This document shows, piece after piece, positions 38,431 through 50,925 of a DNA stretch of 64,000 nt. The first letter of the stretch is position 1. Every line of letters starts with the position of its first letter. The notes under the pieces are model-generated. The model saw only the letters and a program-made list of their open reading frames with translations, was not told where the DNA came from and did no database searches. This DNA is from Carcharhinus longimanus (taxonomy: Eukaryota): positions 25,665,595-25,729,594 of the forward strand of contig JASCQW010000099.1 of assembly GCA_030264375.1 (NCBI GenBank), written 5' to 3'. The position numbers were made by a program, and so were the translations under genes.

Positions 38431-38687
38431 AACTATTCCCAGGAAGCATTGAGCCAATATTGCATCCCATTGAGAACTTCTTTGCCTTTTCCAAATGTGA
38501 TTTTTGGATTCAAAGAAAGCTTTTTAATACCAGGCCATTTCCTATTTCAATTTAGGCTCCCCGAGTAGATCAATGAAATAAAGCCATCAGGCATTCTGAA
38601 ATACTTTATCTAGCTACAGATGAGGAGAGGGGAACGTAATATTTTGGAATGAATTAGGAACTGGGAGCAGGAACTGGCAACGCGGGA

Positions 38688-38820
38688 TAAACAGAAAATA
38701 CTGCAGATGCTGGAATCTGAAACAAAAACTGAAAATGCTGAAGAGTCTCAACAAATCTGACAGCATCTGGGGAGGGAGAAAAGAGCCAATGTTTGGAGTC
38801 TGGATGACTCTTCATCAAAG
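38688..38820 (-). mobile_element. Penelope-like terminal fragment with degenerate hammerhead
   Basis: Minus strand reads TTGATGA-A-GAGTC-ATCCA-GACTC-CAAACATT; related fragments at ~58755-58820, ~59140-59200 and 61847-61940. Confidence 0.6.
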
Positions 38821-39326
38821 CACATAGGCCTGAACAAGCTGGGCTGGGCGAGAACAACTTTGTAACTGACAGCAGATCAGCCCATCTTCAGCCAACAGCA
38901 GGAGCGATGGAGCAGGGTTGAGCATGGAGATTATTGCATCCAGGTGACCAACCAATTATACATTTAAATTATTCTTCATTTATTCTGACATCGGGGTCAG
39001 TTCTGAGGCAGTCTGATTGGGCCAGGTGGGACTGAAAAAAAAATCTTGAGATTGGAGAGGTGACAAGGACAATGACTTGGAAATGGTAAGACTTAGTTAA
39101 TAAGGGTTATCTAGTTCAAAATAAATTAAAAACAAAATGGTAAAATTAATTGGTGGCACAGTCTTAAATCTCAGGGAAACATGGCAGACACAGTTGGAAA
39201 TACAGTTTATGGATTCAAGCTCCAGAGCTCCAACTAGTGGTCAGAATCCACAATGATACCAGGAAAATTGACAGAGCAAAATTGTCTTATAGATATTGAG
39301 ATTTTTTTTTACCATGTTTCATTATC

Positions 39327-39520
39327 CGAAGATGTGCAGGTTAGGTGGTTTGGCCATGCTAAATTGTCCCTGAGCGTCCCAGAATGTGTAGGTTAGGGGA
39401 ATTGGCAGGGTAAATACGTGGTGCTGCAGGGATAGGGCCTGGGTGCGATGCTCTGTTGGTGAGTCAGCACAGACTCAATGGGCTGAATGGCCTCTTTCTA
39501 TAGTGTCAGGATTCTATAAA
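39327..39520 (+). mobile_element. HE1-type SINE, 3' half
   Basis: gatgtgcaggttaggtggtttggccatgctaaattg...ggattctat. Confidence 0.8.
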
Positions 39521-41680
39521 TCCATGATTCTGTGTTAAATATAAAACTAAATTGAGTCAAAACTCATGGAAACAACAAGGACAGTGGCAATACAAAGCCC
39601 CTACTATAAATATCTTACCATTGACCAGGAGATTAACTGAATCAGCCATATTGACACATGGTCAGGGTAGAGGGTGGGCACTGGGAAATGACTGATGCGT
39701 CTCCTGACTCTTAAAGCCTAATTATCATCTACAAGTCAGAAATGTGATGGAATGTTCACCTGAATGCTCAACCAATGGCTAAGAGGTTTGGCAGGCTCCA
39801 GGACAGAGCAGAACTGACACCTTCAAAACCAGATTAAACATCACCCCATCCACCCCCAGTGTACTCTGGCTGCAATGTGTACAATCCAGAGGATGTACTG
39901 CAGAAACGCAAGATTACCTCCATGTCTGAGAGCTTCACCATTAAGAGAGATCAACAGTATCATGGAGATACCATTGAATGGAGGGAAATTTGCATCCAAA
40001 CTGGGACATAGGGTATGATGTCACAGGATGCATCAGTTTCTGTCCTCCTACCCCACCCCGAGCTGAAACATCAGTGGGAAGGCTATCCATGATTCCACCA
40101 GCAAGACATTAATTGCTTTAAGCCAAGACTTCACCTCTATTGTAGGTGAGTGCATTGGACTGATCCAAGATGCCAGTGCAGAGGGAGATAACCTTTAGTG
40201 AGAATGCCTCAAAGGAGGTCCTCACCTTTGTCTAACACAATCCCTCGCAACTAAAGTAGCCAGGCTTCTCAATGGTGGGGACCAATAGCACCCACTCCAC
40301 ACCCCAACCCAACCTCGGCTAAGGCACTGGAGGCAAGATGAGGACTTTATGTAGCCGTTAATTGGCCACGAAAGAGCATCAGTAGGCCCAAAGGAAGGAG
40401 GGCTGCCTGAGACTTCCAGCAGCCCCCCCTAAAGCTTCAGACAGGTCAGGAGCAGGTGGGTAGGTGATGTGATTGCTACCCGATAGATCTTACTTGTCCC
40501 ATTACCTTCAAATCTACTGGCAGAAGAAAATTCAGCCCATATATTGCAATGACCTCATCATCAGTAATTGGCAATGTTCATCACCAATAAGAGACACTCT
40601 AACCACTGCCCCTTCACATTCAATGGTGTTACCCCACTGTCAACATCCTTGGGGTTACCATTGACCAGAAACTCAACTGGACTCACCACATAAACAGTGG
40701 CTACAAGACTAGATGAGAGGCTAGGAATACTGCAGCTTGTAACTCACCTCCTGGTTCCCCAGAGCCTATCCACCATCTGCAAGGCACAAGTCAGGAGTGT
40801 GATGGAATATTCCCCACTTGCCTGGATGGGTGCAGCTCTGCATTGCCACCGTTCTACTACTGACCAGATTCGCCCTTGTTGCCAGTGTAGTAACTCGATG
40901 CGACTCAATGTGGCAAGTAGCTAACTAAAGGATTATCGATTGAGAAGAACTACATATAACGAAGGATTTACAGCACAATCATCCAGGTCGTCTTCTAACA
41001 ATGACCGAATTGAATTGCAGCCTCCAACCCAGGGATGCATGCTCTCTGTTCTGATAGGCCCAGGATTGCATGATCATACTCCATTGATTCCAGACTAGCC
41101 ACATGGCCTGCAAAGTATCGCCCGCTAAAAGGGCCATGCCACCAAAGGCCCACGATCAATGGGCTGAACAGCGTGGTTGATTTAGTTTGGGTCAGGATTG
41201 GCAATCGGGGCTGGGATTAGCTGGATATTTTATTGAAGGGACAGTTGACGACCTCTCTCCTCCTGATCCACAAGGAGTGTTGAAGGAGGCACCTGCCTTG
41301 TAAAACTGGCATTTCCTACCTACCTCCCTCTCACTGTGGGGTGCAACAATAAATTTAAAACTAGGTTTATTAATTGTTCTGCCTCACTGCTCATTTCCTA
41401 GATTTGACCTTTACACCTCCTGACCCCTCCCTCCCTTCTGTAACGGGATTATGTTGAACAGTTGCTGTGTTTACCAACAAACTTTCCTTTGATAACTTGC
41501 AGGGCAAAAGCAAATTGATTATTTTAGGGTTTAAGGACACTGCTCTTAATGCAAATTTTCAGCATGTTCTGAATTGTTTTAATATCAGTTGCTTAATTGT
41601 CACAGCTAGGGGCGTAATGTAGTTGTTTAGAAGCTTCAGTTTTAAAAATGCTGATAATGAATGTTGGAATTTCAAAACAG

Positions 41681-41763
41681 ATGCTTTAAGGCAAATCCAA
41701 ATCAGTTATGCTGATGACAACGATGATTCCTTTGACTTTTTGCCTGATCAGGAATACAGGCAG
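41681..41763 (+). CDS. SENP6: SENP6 exon: DALRQIQISYADDNDDSFDFLPDQEYRQ
   Basis: aaacag| acceptor (weak pyrimidine tract), cag|gtgaga donor, 83 nt phase 1-0; resembles DGLSKIRLNYSD...DFSEDQDNQ. Confidence 0.85.
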
Positions 41764-43239
41764 GTGAGATTATAACTTGTACAACTCTTTCATAATATTT
41801 TTATGGATAAAAGATAATCTGCTTTACGGCAGATTATGAATTGTGCTGTTACTGTACTATAGATATTCCAGAATTGACCAGTCTGTCAAATATCCACCAG
41901 TATTTTTTTACTGCAGCCAGGATTTCAAAGAAATAAATACTTGGATTTATCAGAAACATTTCACAATACTTTGTATTCAATATGTAGCCTATAATTCATA
42001 ACTACAAAAACAAATGCCATTGTCACAAAAACAAAATTTGAAGAAAGCCAATTCATATAGAAGGTTTGTTGATCCTTCTCGTCTACTATTGACAATTTAT
42101 TAGCATTCTGTACACCATGTCATTGAATAATACTTTACACCACCAAATCCCCAGTTTAGGCCTTCATTTTCTTCAAGGCTGATGTCCTCTTAGCCAATCT
42201 TCCAGCTTCTCCCTTCTGTAAACTGATAACTTTTTCAAAGCACTGCAATTATTGTCATTGCACTGTCCTTCACTTCCATTGCTGCATTTTCTCAACCCAG
42301 TAATGGATCCTGGTTCCCCAATGAATTGACTTCAAAATTATGTTTCTTCTTTTCAAATCTCTCCATGGTCTTCCTGCATCTACTTTACTTTCCTTTAGTT
42401 TTTTTTTCTCTTCCTCTGGCTTCCACTCCGTCATTGGTAGTTCCTTGTTCACTCATTGCGCTCCTGTCACCTTTAGCTTTCTGCCTGCTCCCTTCAACTG
42501 TGATACTTTTCCAGGTTTCCAAAACGTTTAAAGTGATGCACTTCAACTATTTTGTCACCCATCCATGACATCGGAACTTTTCCCATTCCCTTTTGTCCTG
42601 TGTGCACTATCCACTATTTTCACTGCATTAAAGTAAATTAACTTAAATTATCTTCTGTGTGAGCAGTTCTGTAGAAATGCAATCTGTTGTTGTGAAAGGC
42701 ACTTCATGAAGTGATCAGATGGGTTGAGTTCCATTTAAAATTTAACAATTTGCCCCTGAACTGAACAACAGTTATCTTCTTAGGCAGTACCAATGTGGCC
42801 TTGAAATCCATCTATAAGTCAGCCCCATAGAGTAGTGCTTACATTTTCAGAATCATGGAAAGATACAGCTCAGGAGGAGGCAGCTCTTTTTAGGCTTATT
42901 CAAATCATTTCACCTCCCTAGTCATTCCCCATAGCCCTGAAAATATGTTTCCTTCAGTTGTTTATCCGATTTCCTTTTCAAAGTTGATTGAATCTCCTTC
43001 CGTCATCCTTTTAGGACATGCATCACAGATCACATCAATTCGCTGCATAATAATTTTTACAAATGCTCATGTTACTTGTTTCTTTTGCCAATCGCCTTTA
43101 AAATTTGTATCCTGTGGTTTCTGTCACAGAAGACACATTCTCCTTATTTACCATTCACAATTGTCATTTACTGAAATGAAACTTACCCTCCTTACCTCGT
43201 CTGGCCTCCATGTGACTCCAGACCCACAACAATGTGGGT

Positions 43240-43930
43240 TGACCTTAACTACCCTCTGTTCTGGTATGATTCTAGTAAATCTCTTCTGCATCCTCTCTAA
43301 GGTTTTGACATCCTTCCTAAAGTGTGGTGCCAAGAATACTCCACCTGAGGTTTAATCAGTGTTTTATAAAAGTTTACAACAATCTCCTTTTATTTTTATA
43401 CCTTTGTGCCTCTATTTATAATGCCAAGAATACTATATGCCATTTTAAGCTGTCTTCTCAACTTATCCTGCTATCTTCAAAGATTTGTTTGCTAGACCCC
43501 CCCAGGTTTCCTGCTGCTGCTTTAAAATTATTTTATGTATGTTGCCTCTCTGTGTTCTTCTGACCAAAATGTGTCACTTCACACTTTTCTACATTAAATT
43601 TGATCTGCCATTAGCCTGATCAGTTTACCAGTATATCTGGCTGAAGTCTATTACTATCCTCCTCACTGTTGAGTCATTTGCAAACCTTAAACTGAAGTGC
43701 TAATCCCCAAGTCCAGCTCATTAACAGTATAAATCAAAAAGAGCAGTGGTTCCAATACTGATCCCTGGGAAACACCATTACATATTTCCCTCTAGTCTGA
43801 AAAGCCATTGTTCACTGCTGCTCTGTGCTTTCTTTCTCTCAGCCAATTTAATATCCAAGCTTCAACTGTCACTTCAGTGTGAACTGGAATTTTGCTGACG
43901 AGTTCTTTATGTGATACTTTGTCAAAGGGA
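43240..43930 (-). mobile_element. Decayed CR1 LINE RT fragment
   Basis: Minus ORF APHFRKDVKTLERMQKRFTRIIP; reverse complement of ggtgtttccccagggatcagtattggaacc (GVPQGSVLGP-like). Confidence 0.8.
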
Positions 43931-44014
43931 TTTTTGAAGTCCATATACATATTATCAACCTTCCCTTTTCATCAGCATATTTTGCCTTTATCAAATCTAT
44001 GCTAACTTTCGTTT

Positions 44015-44351
44015 ATAGAAAACCCTACAGTGCAGAAAGAGGCCATTTGGCCCATCAAGTCTGCACTGACCACAATCCCACCCAGGCCATACCCCCATAT
44101 CCCTACATATTTTATCTGCTGATCCCTCTAACCTACTCATCTCAGGACACTAAGGAGCAATTTTTAGCATGGCCAATCAACCTAACCCGCACATCTTTGG
44201 ATTATGGGAGGAAACCGGAGCACCTGGAGAAAACCCACGCAGACACAAGGAGAATGTGCAAACTCCACACACAGTGACCTAACCCAGGAATCGAACCCAA
44301 GTCCCTAGAGCTACGAAGCAGCAGTGCTTAACCACTGCTGCTATGCCACCC
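44015..44351 (-). mobile_element. HE1-type SINE, full length
   Basis: Shared head, core and tail. Confidence 0.88.
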
Positions 44352-44843
44352 ATACATTTATTAGCCCACACATTTCCAAATACCAATTACTTTTATCCCA
44401 ATTATTGCCTCTAGGGAGGATTAAATTATTGACATTTCTATTTCTGGGGACTCCCCAACTTTTAGTACATCCTGGCTACCCAATATTGCTGCGCTTGTCC
44501 TTTGCTGCTACATTGGCAGCACCTTCATTTTTATGGTGCAAAATTGTAATTTGGTGCTTGCCCTTACCCTATACCTCCACTGGTATAACTCCTTTTCTGG
44601 CCCACCTTATCTTTAGCTGCACTTATGTGCAAAGACTAAATTCTAAGTATTTTGGGTTCCCTTTTTATGCTAGAATTTGAAATATCAAATTTAAAATTTC
44701 CTGAGTACTTAGTAAAGGGATATATGATGGAATTGGTGATTTGTGAACTCCTTAATGCGACTTACATATGTTGTACATTTCACTCATTCTGCTGGTCAGG
44801 ATCATCTATTCCTGATAGTGATTGTAGAATTTCTATTGTTAAG

Positions 44844-44923
44844 GAGGACAGCAACGAAGCTGGGAGCATGGCAGAGGACAACTCTTCAGAAAGTGTGCCG
44901 TGGGGTCAGCAGCCTTCAAAACA
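44844..44923 (+). CDS. SENP6: SENP6 exon: EDSNEAGSMAEDNSSESVPWGQQPSKQ
   Basis: gttaag| acceptor (AAG-GAG tandem), ca|gtgagt donor, 80 nt phase 0-2; resembles [21 protein letters not shown]...CKQ. Confidence 0.88.
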
Positions 44924-47209
44924 GTGAGTACATGAGCATTGTGAAGTAGGATAGGTCTGTATCTGAGTTTGCTTACTGACATGTCTTTCATCGTTGTACA
45001 ATTTCTGAAAATTGTCACAAATGTCGATAATTTTTCTCCTCATCTGGTTTTGGGTTCTGAGGCTTCTAAATAAGATGCAAGAAATATTCAGCACTTGAGT
45101 TTGATATTCATCGTTTGGTTATCCTGCACATGGATTCAGCTGAGTTTGCTATCCGGACAAGGAGTCGTTGCACAAATGTTAGTATCTCTGACTGTCATCT
45201 TGGAGTAGCCATGTTATCTTCTCTATCTTATGTGTCACATAAGATGTCAGCCCAGAAATTATAATGGAACTAACATGTGATTCCTATTTTACACTTAAAT
45301 GATATACTTTCACAATGTAATTTACATAGTTAATGCACAAGAAAACAATACGAATGACCTACATATCTGGCCAGTCCTTGTAGAGGTTTCATCAGTGCTT
45401 CTTCCGCGATAAACCGTCTCTTGAAATTAAAATAATTTATCTTGTATAGTGTTGTGATCACCAGGATATGAAGTATATAGATCATCAGATAGTTTAATTA
45501 GTGGCATGTTTCAACAATGTGGGACATGGTTGTAATTCTTCGCAATGACAATTCTCGTCACCACGAAGGCTTCATAGATGAAGATTTGAGGTGCACTCTC
45601 CTAGTCTAGTTTGAAAATGGTTCAGAAGTGCCCAACTCCAATATGACCGGTTGAACCTAGTTGATAGTTCTGTGGGTTTTTATGGGAAAATGTGTAATCG
45701 TGTCTTGACACAACAGGGTTACAGAGGAAGTGTCCAAGGAATCTGAATAAATTGATCGTATTAGATGTCTTGAAGATGAGCGGTGGACAGAACAAATTGG
45801 AACAAGTCATCGCCATGATTTTGCCTTCACCTGTTCACTAATTTTGCCACTGAAACTGAATGGGACAGATGTGAAGGGGATAGGCTGAAAAGGGCAGATA
45901 ACTACAGGAGGGCTGTGCAGAATGCACCTTCAAAAACCAGATGGTGTGAAGTGGAACTGTCTGCTCATGAAGCAGAGTTGGTAGCTTTGCCAATTAGGAT
46001 ATTTCATATTTTGACTTTCTCAGCAGTTAGTAATGCGCTACCAACCAACCTCCCGCTGAGTGTTTATTCTAAGATGCTGGAGTGATTGCCAGTGTATATT
46101 TTGGTTGTAAATGTTGAGCTGATCCTCCACTCTGTATCTCTAGTACTGATGCTGTGCTAAGTCCAGGCTAAGTTGATAACTGCCATGGTTACACCTGTGT
46201 ATAAGTGTTTGCCATAATTACATGAATTGAAAATGCGTTTCAGAAAAAAATAAGTTGAGTTATCTTCATCTATCTAACAGGAAAAGATGCTGTGTTTTAT
46301 TAGTCTTCTGGCAAAAATATCGAAGATCCTGCCGTATTGGGTCATCTTTTGCTTGAATTACTACTGTAGGGTCAACATTCCAGGGTAAACCTGGCCTACT
46401 GCACTAGCTTGTGGAGATACCGAATCAATTACCTTCCTCATGGATCAATTCAAGCACTGTTCCATTTTAAACTGTGCATAGATAACCTACCTGACCAGAT
46501 TGTGGAAATTCATGCATATTAAAGCCGTGGCTATTCCAACTAGTGATTTTTTTAATCCTTGAAACCATATTCCATGATATGAAAGCTGTGCCTGGAAATG
46601 ACACCTTCAGCCATGAATACTCTGTCCTTGTACTTCACTTGCATGTGATAGCACCCATTGGGAACTTATGACTATCATAAATGGTCATCTTAAACATAAT
46701 ACTCACCCTGCCTGCTTGTGCATAACTCTAAATTTGTTGCAAAGTATAAATACCATCTACTTGAAAGCACCTGACTTCGCCTTGAATTGAAAGGATATCA
46801 TGCCTTGTTCAGAGTTACAGGAAATTCAACAGGCAAAAGCTTACTAAACTCTTTTGAGGCCGAGAAACCTTCAGAAATTTGATCATAGTTAAGGAATCAG
46901 AAAGCTCTTCAGTTTATTTTCTTGATTCCTTTCTGAAGGAGAAAGCAATTTAACTCATGTAGAACAGCTAACAAAATTGCTAATCAGCAATGTGCTTATA
47001 GTGTTTGCTTTCATAGCAATTTTAACATGATAGTAGCTCAGATAATGGTTATGTCATTTGTGGACTCTTAATGAGAACTGGTTATTGAAAGATGAGTGAA
47101 CTGTTTGGTTGAACTGAAAAAAGGATATGAAGGATGTAGTGGCTTACTTAAAGGGGTCTAAGCTTAGAAATTTATCGAGGTTATCTTGGCAAGGGAATCG
47201 ATAACGGCA

Positions 47210-48950
47210 TGAAATACGTCTTTACATAGCGCTTGTAACGTAGAAAAGCTCCCCAAGACCCTTCACAGGAATGCTATCAAACAAGATGTAACACTGAACC
47301 ACAACCTAGAGATAACTTGGCTGATGGCCAAATGGCATCAAAGGGATAGGTTTTGAGGAATGTTTTAAAGGAGGTAAGAGGGGCTTAGGGAAGGGAATTC
47401 CAAAGCTGAAAAAATGATCAACAATGGAGTAATTAAAATTGGGAATGCTCAAGAGGCCAGAATTAGAGGGGCCTGGGTATCTTAGAGCATTGGAAGTCTG
47501 AAAGAGATTACAGAGACAAGGACAAGAATGAGACCCATGGAGGAAGTTTAAAACCTATGAGAATTTTAAGATCTCTTTGTTTAAAGAGGAGTCAGTTTAG
47601 GTTAGCAAGCACAAGGTTGCTTGCTGCTAATAGGAGATGAATAGCAGAGTTTTGGGTGACCAAGTTTACGGAACGTACAATGTGGGAGGACAGCCAGGAG
47701 TGCTTTGGAATAGCCAACTCTAGAAATATCAAAAGCATAGATGAGAATTTCAGCATGTAGGTATCATGGTGTGAGAGCAGTATAGGATAATGTTAGGGAA
47801 GTGGAGATGGGTGATCTTTGTGTTGACATAAATGTGTAATCAGGAGCTCAACTTGGTCAAATATAACACCAAGATGCAAACAATCCGGATTACCCTCATA
47901 CATTTTCCAGAAATGAACATGGAGTCAGTGGTTAGGGGACAGAGAGTGTGATAATCACTGACACTAATGGCTTAGTTCTTCCTAATATTTAATTGAAGGG
48001 AATTTCTGCTGCTTCGTTACTAGATGCCAGATAAGCAATTTGGACATAGTAGAGGGCTTGAGAGGGTCAGTGGATGTCATCAGCGTGCATGAAGAAACTG
48101 AGGATTTGTTTTCAACTCACTTCACTGATTGGCAGCCTTTGGATGATAAATAGGAGGAAGGCCCAGGATAGATGCTATGGGGACATCAGAGGTAATAGTG
48201 CAGGAGTGGAAAGGAAGACATTGCCAATTAATCTCTTACCGTGATTGAATAAATAAGGATGAAGTCCAGTTGAGCGCTGCCCCACTTGGCTGGATGGCAA
48301 TGAAGTTGCTTTTGAAGAGGATCCTGTTGTCTACCATGTTGAAAGTGCAGCCAGGTTGTGAAGGACTAGGAAGAATTTGTCACAGTCATTTGGGATGCCA
48401 CTTGTGACATTAAGAGTGGGGGTGAGGGGGTACCCAATTAGAGGGATGGGATTCAAATATGGAGTTCTGGGAAGGCTAGGCACATTTTGCGGACTTTGGG
48501 AAGGGAAGTTGGGGATGGGCCTGTTTGTAAATTGGGAGGGCCCAGGGTTGCCTTTTTGAGGAGGGGTGATGATGACAGATTTTGGGGAGGGGGTGGGGGG
48601 AGTTCAGTACCTGGAGAGAGAGAGAGAATGTTTTTGTGAACTAATGGGAGCCAGGATAGGAGGTTGGGTTGTCAGCAGTTTAATGGGAGTAAGTTGGAAT
48701 AAGATTGAATAAAGTCTTCTCATGGACAGGTTTGAGCTCAGAACAGACGTGAATGGAGATGGGTGATAAAGTAGATAAATAAGAAAGAGGTCAGAGATGG
48801 GGTAGAGGAGAACCTTAGATAAAGTTTAGATCTTTGGGCTAGTGGCAGAAAGGGAAGTGGCACAAACAGCTAATCAGGTGGTTTCCATCTTAGTGATCAA
48901 AAAGACCATGAGCTCCTCGTTTGTTGGTGAGAGTGGAGGAAATGGGAAAG
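47210..48950 (-). mobile_element. Highly decayed L2-like LINE
   Basis: Purine-rich tract resembling the reverse complement of L2-like fragments elsewhere in the window; gtggatgtcatcagcgtgc (YADD-like) near 48070; boundaries approximate. Confidence 0.5.
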
Positions 48951-48984
48951 GGGTAGAAGAAAATAGTTTGCAAAAAAGCCAAAG

Positions 48985-49366
48985 ACTTTATAAGACCCTT
49001 GTCAGGCCTCATTTGGAGTACTGTGCGCAGTTCTGGTCGCCTCACAATAGGAAAGACGTAGAAGCTATTGAAAGGGTACAGAGGAGATTTACAAGGATGT
49101 TGCCTGGACTGGGAGGCATGCCTNNNNNNNNNNNNNNNNNNNNNNNNNNNNNNNNNNNNNNNNNNNNNNNNNNNNNNNNNNNNNNNNNNNNNNNNNNNNN
49201 NNNNNNNNNNNNNNNNNNNNNNNCAATCCCCCTCGCTATGAAGGCCAGCATCCCATTTGCCTTCCTGACCACCTGCTGCACCTGTAGGCTGGGTTTTTGC
49301 AACTCATGCACAAGGACCCCCAGGTCCCTCTGCACCATAGCATGCTGCAGCTTTTCGCCCTGTAAG
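48985..49366. mobile_element. Two young CR1 fragments in opposite orientation either side of an N-gap
   Basis: Plus: [20 protein letters not shown]...FTRMLPG; minus: VQRDLGVLVHE..K.SLQVQQVVRKANGMLAFIARGI. Confidence 0.9.
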
Positions 49367-49379
49367 TAGTAGTTCTTCT

Positions 49380-49615
49380 CCTATGTACGTGGCTTTCCTT
49401 CGAGTGCTTTGGTTTCTTCCCATAGTTCAAGTTAGATGAATTGATCATGCTAAATGGCCCCATAGTGTCCAGGGATGTGTGGGTTAGGTGAATTTACAGT
49501 GAAAAATGCATGGGGTTGCCTGGTTGGAGGAGAGGGCCTGGGTGGGATGCTCTTTCGGAGAGTCAGTGCAGATTTGATGGGACAAGTGGCCTCTTTCTGC
49601 ACTTTAGGGATTCTG
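49380..49615 (+). mobile_element. HE1-type SINE, partial
   Basis: gggatgctctttcggagagtcagtgcagatttgatggg...ctgcactttagggattct tail. Confidence 0.75.
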
Positions 49616-50615
49616 ATTACAAAAGAACCCAGGGAATACCTTTGCATTCCATGTAACATTGAGAAATTTTGATAATTCAGAGCAGGGCCTGATATTGCCT
49701 TGCTAACTCAATTTTTGATGGGACTAAGGCATCAAAGATGAGGATGTGATTGAACAGACTGGTAACTGCAGAAATGTCAAGAATGAAGGCTAACGGTTAG
49801 ACAATTTGAATTTTGAAAGTAAAATTATAAATTCATTGAGAGAGCATTTTTTCCAAGATTGGGAGGAGAAAGAACTGTGGGAGAGCAATGCAAGGAAATG
49901 AGTACTGGAAATCTGGAATTGAAAAAATGCAGGTGTGAAGCAGACTGAAAAGATCAGGAAGATCTTAATTACGTCCTGTGTTCCCTGCAGTCAGCAGGGT
50001 GCTCAGACAAATGCTCCACATTGTGAGGCTGGCTATCTTCCATTGTGAACAAATGTCATGTCCCCAGTGTCTCTGTCTCTGAGCCAAAAAGAGTTTACCG
50101 TAGTCTAAAATTGGAAGAACATAACCTCATATCAGAGAGTTTCCAGGAGCTCAGGCAAAAGAAGATATTATTCCTGCAGCTTGCATTGAACTTGATTGCT
50201 ACTAATGTAGGTGTTTATCTTCAGGTCTGAGTAAGCAAAGGGTCACATTTGCAGCCAGAATAAAGGTGTCCAACAAAATGGTCACCAGCTGTGTTTCTCA
50301 TATAAAGGTGGCAGTATATTTGAGCAAGGAATCCAGTATGGTAGAATGGAAGAAATCCTTGTCTCGTGGAAAATTCATTTGGGGACCCTGGACAATGGTA
50401 TGGAAGGAATGAATATTGTACCTGGAAGCTTGGATGGTGGAAGATGAATGATTGATTGTATTTTATGTGATACAAGGAGTATAACCAGTCAATTACATTG
50501 CCTTCAGATATCCCAGAATGTGACATGGCAGGTGTTAAAATTCCATGACATTCTCTCACCCGACAGCCATAACCGAATTAATCTCTCATATTCACATTGT
50601 TGTTCTTTTTCATAG

Positions 50616-50684
50616 GCCATGTATTCTCATCATGGACTCTTTACGTGGACCAAGCCGTGCAAACGTGGTTAAGATCCTGCGAGA
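50616..50684 (+). CDS. SENP6: SENP6 exon with catalytic Asp (codon 50635-50637): [23 protein letters not shown]
   Basis: tttttcatag| acceptor, |gtaaga donor, 69 nt phase 2-2; [21 protein letters not shown]. Confidence 0.98.
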
Positions 50685-50774
50685 GTAAGAGCTATTCTGA
50701 AAATCACTCCTACGCTTTTTAAAATTCTAACAGGGATATCCCCACTTGACTCTCTTTATTGGTTCTTGGAACAG

Positions 50775-50925
50775 ATACCTTGAAGTAGAATGGGAAGTGA
50801 GGAAAGCGAGCAAGAGGGCTTTCACCAAAGACGTGATTAAGGGCTCCAATCCTCGTGTTCCTCAGCAAGACAACTTTAGCGATTGTGGTGTATACATCCT
50901 CCAGTATGTAGAAAGTTTTTTTGAG
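50775..50925 (+). CDS. SENP6: SENP6 exon with catalytic Cys (codon 50884-50886): [10 protein letters not shown]...[23 protein letters not shown]
   Basis: aacag| acceptor, gag|gttagt donor, 151 nt phase 2-0; PQQ.N.SDCG Ulp1 active-site motif. Confidence 0.98.

Noticed and set aside
44652-44843. Upstream in-frame extension of the 44844 exon
   Set aside because: The upstream AG sites I checked (44799, 44818) are not phase-compatible with the phase-0 donor at 41763; similarity to SENP6 begins at EDS.
48480-48601. G-run cluster with G-quadruplex potential
   Set aside because: Lies within a decayed L2-like element whose antisense strand is naturally G-rich.
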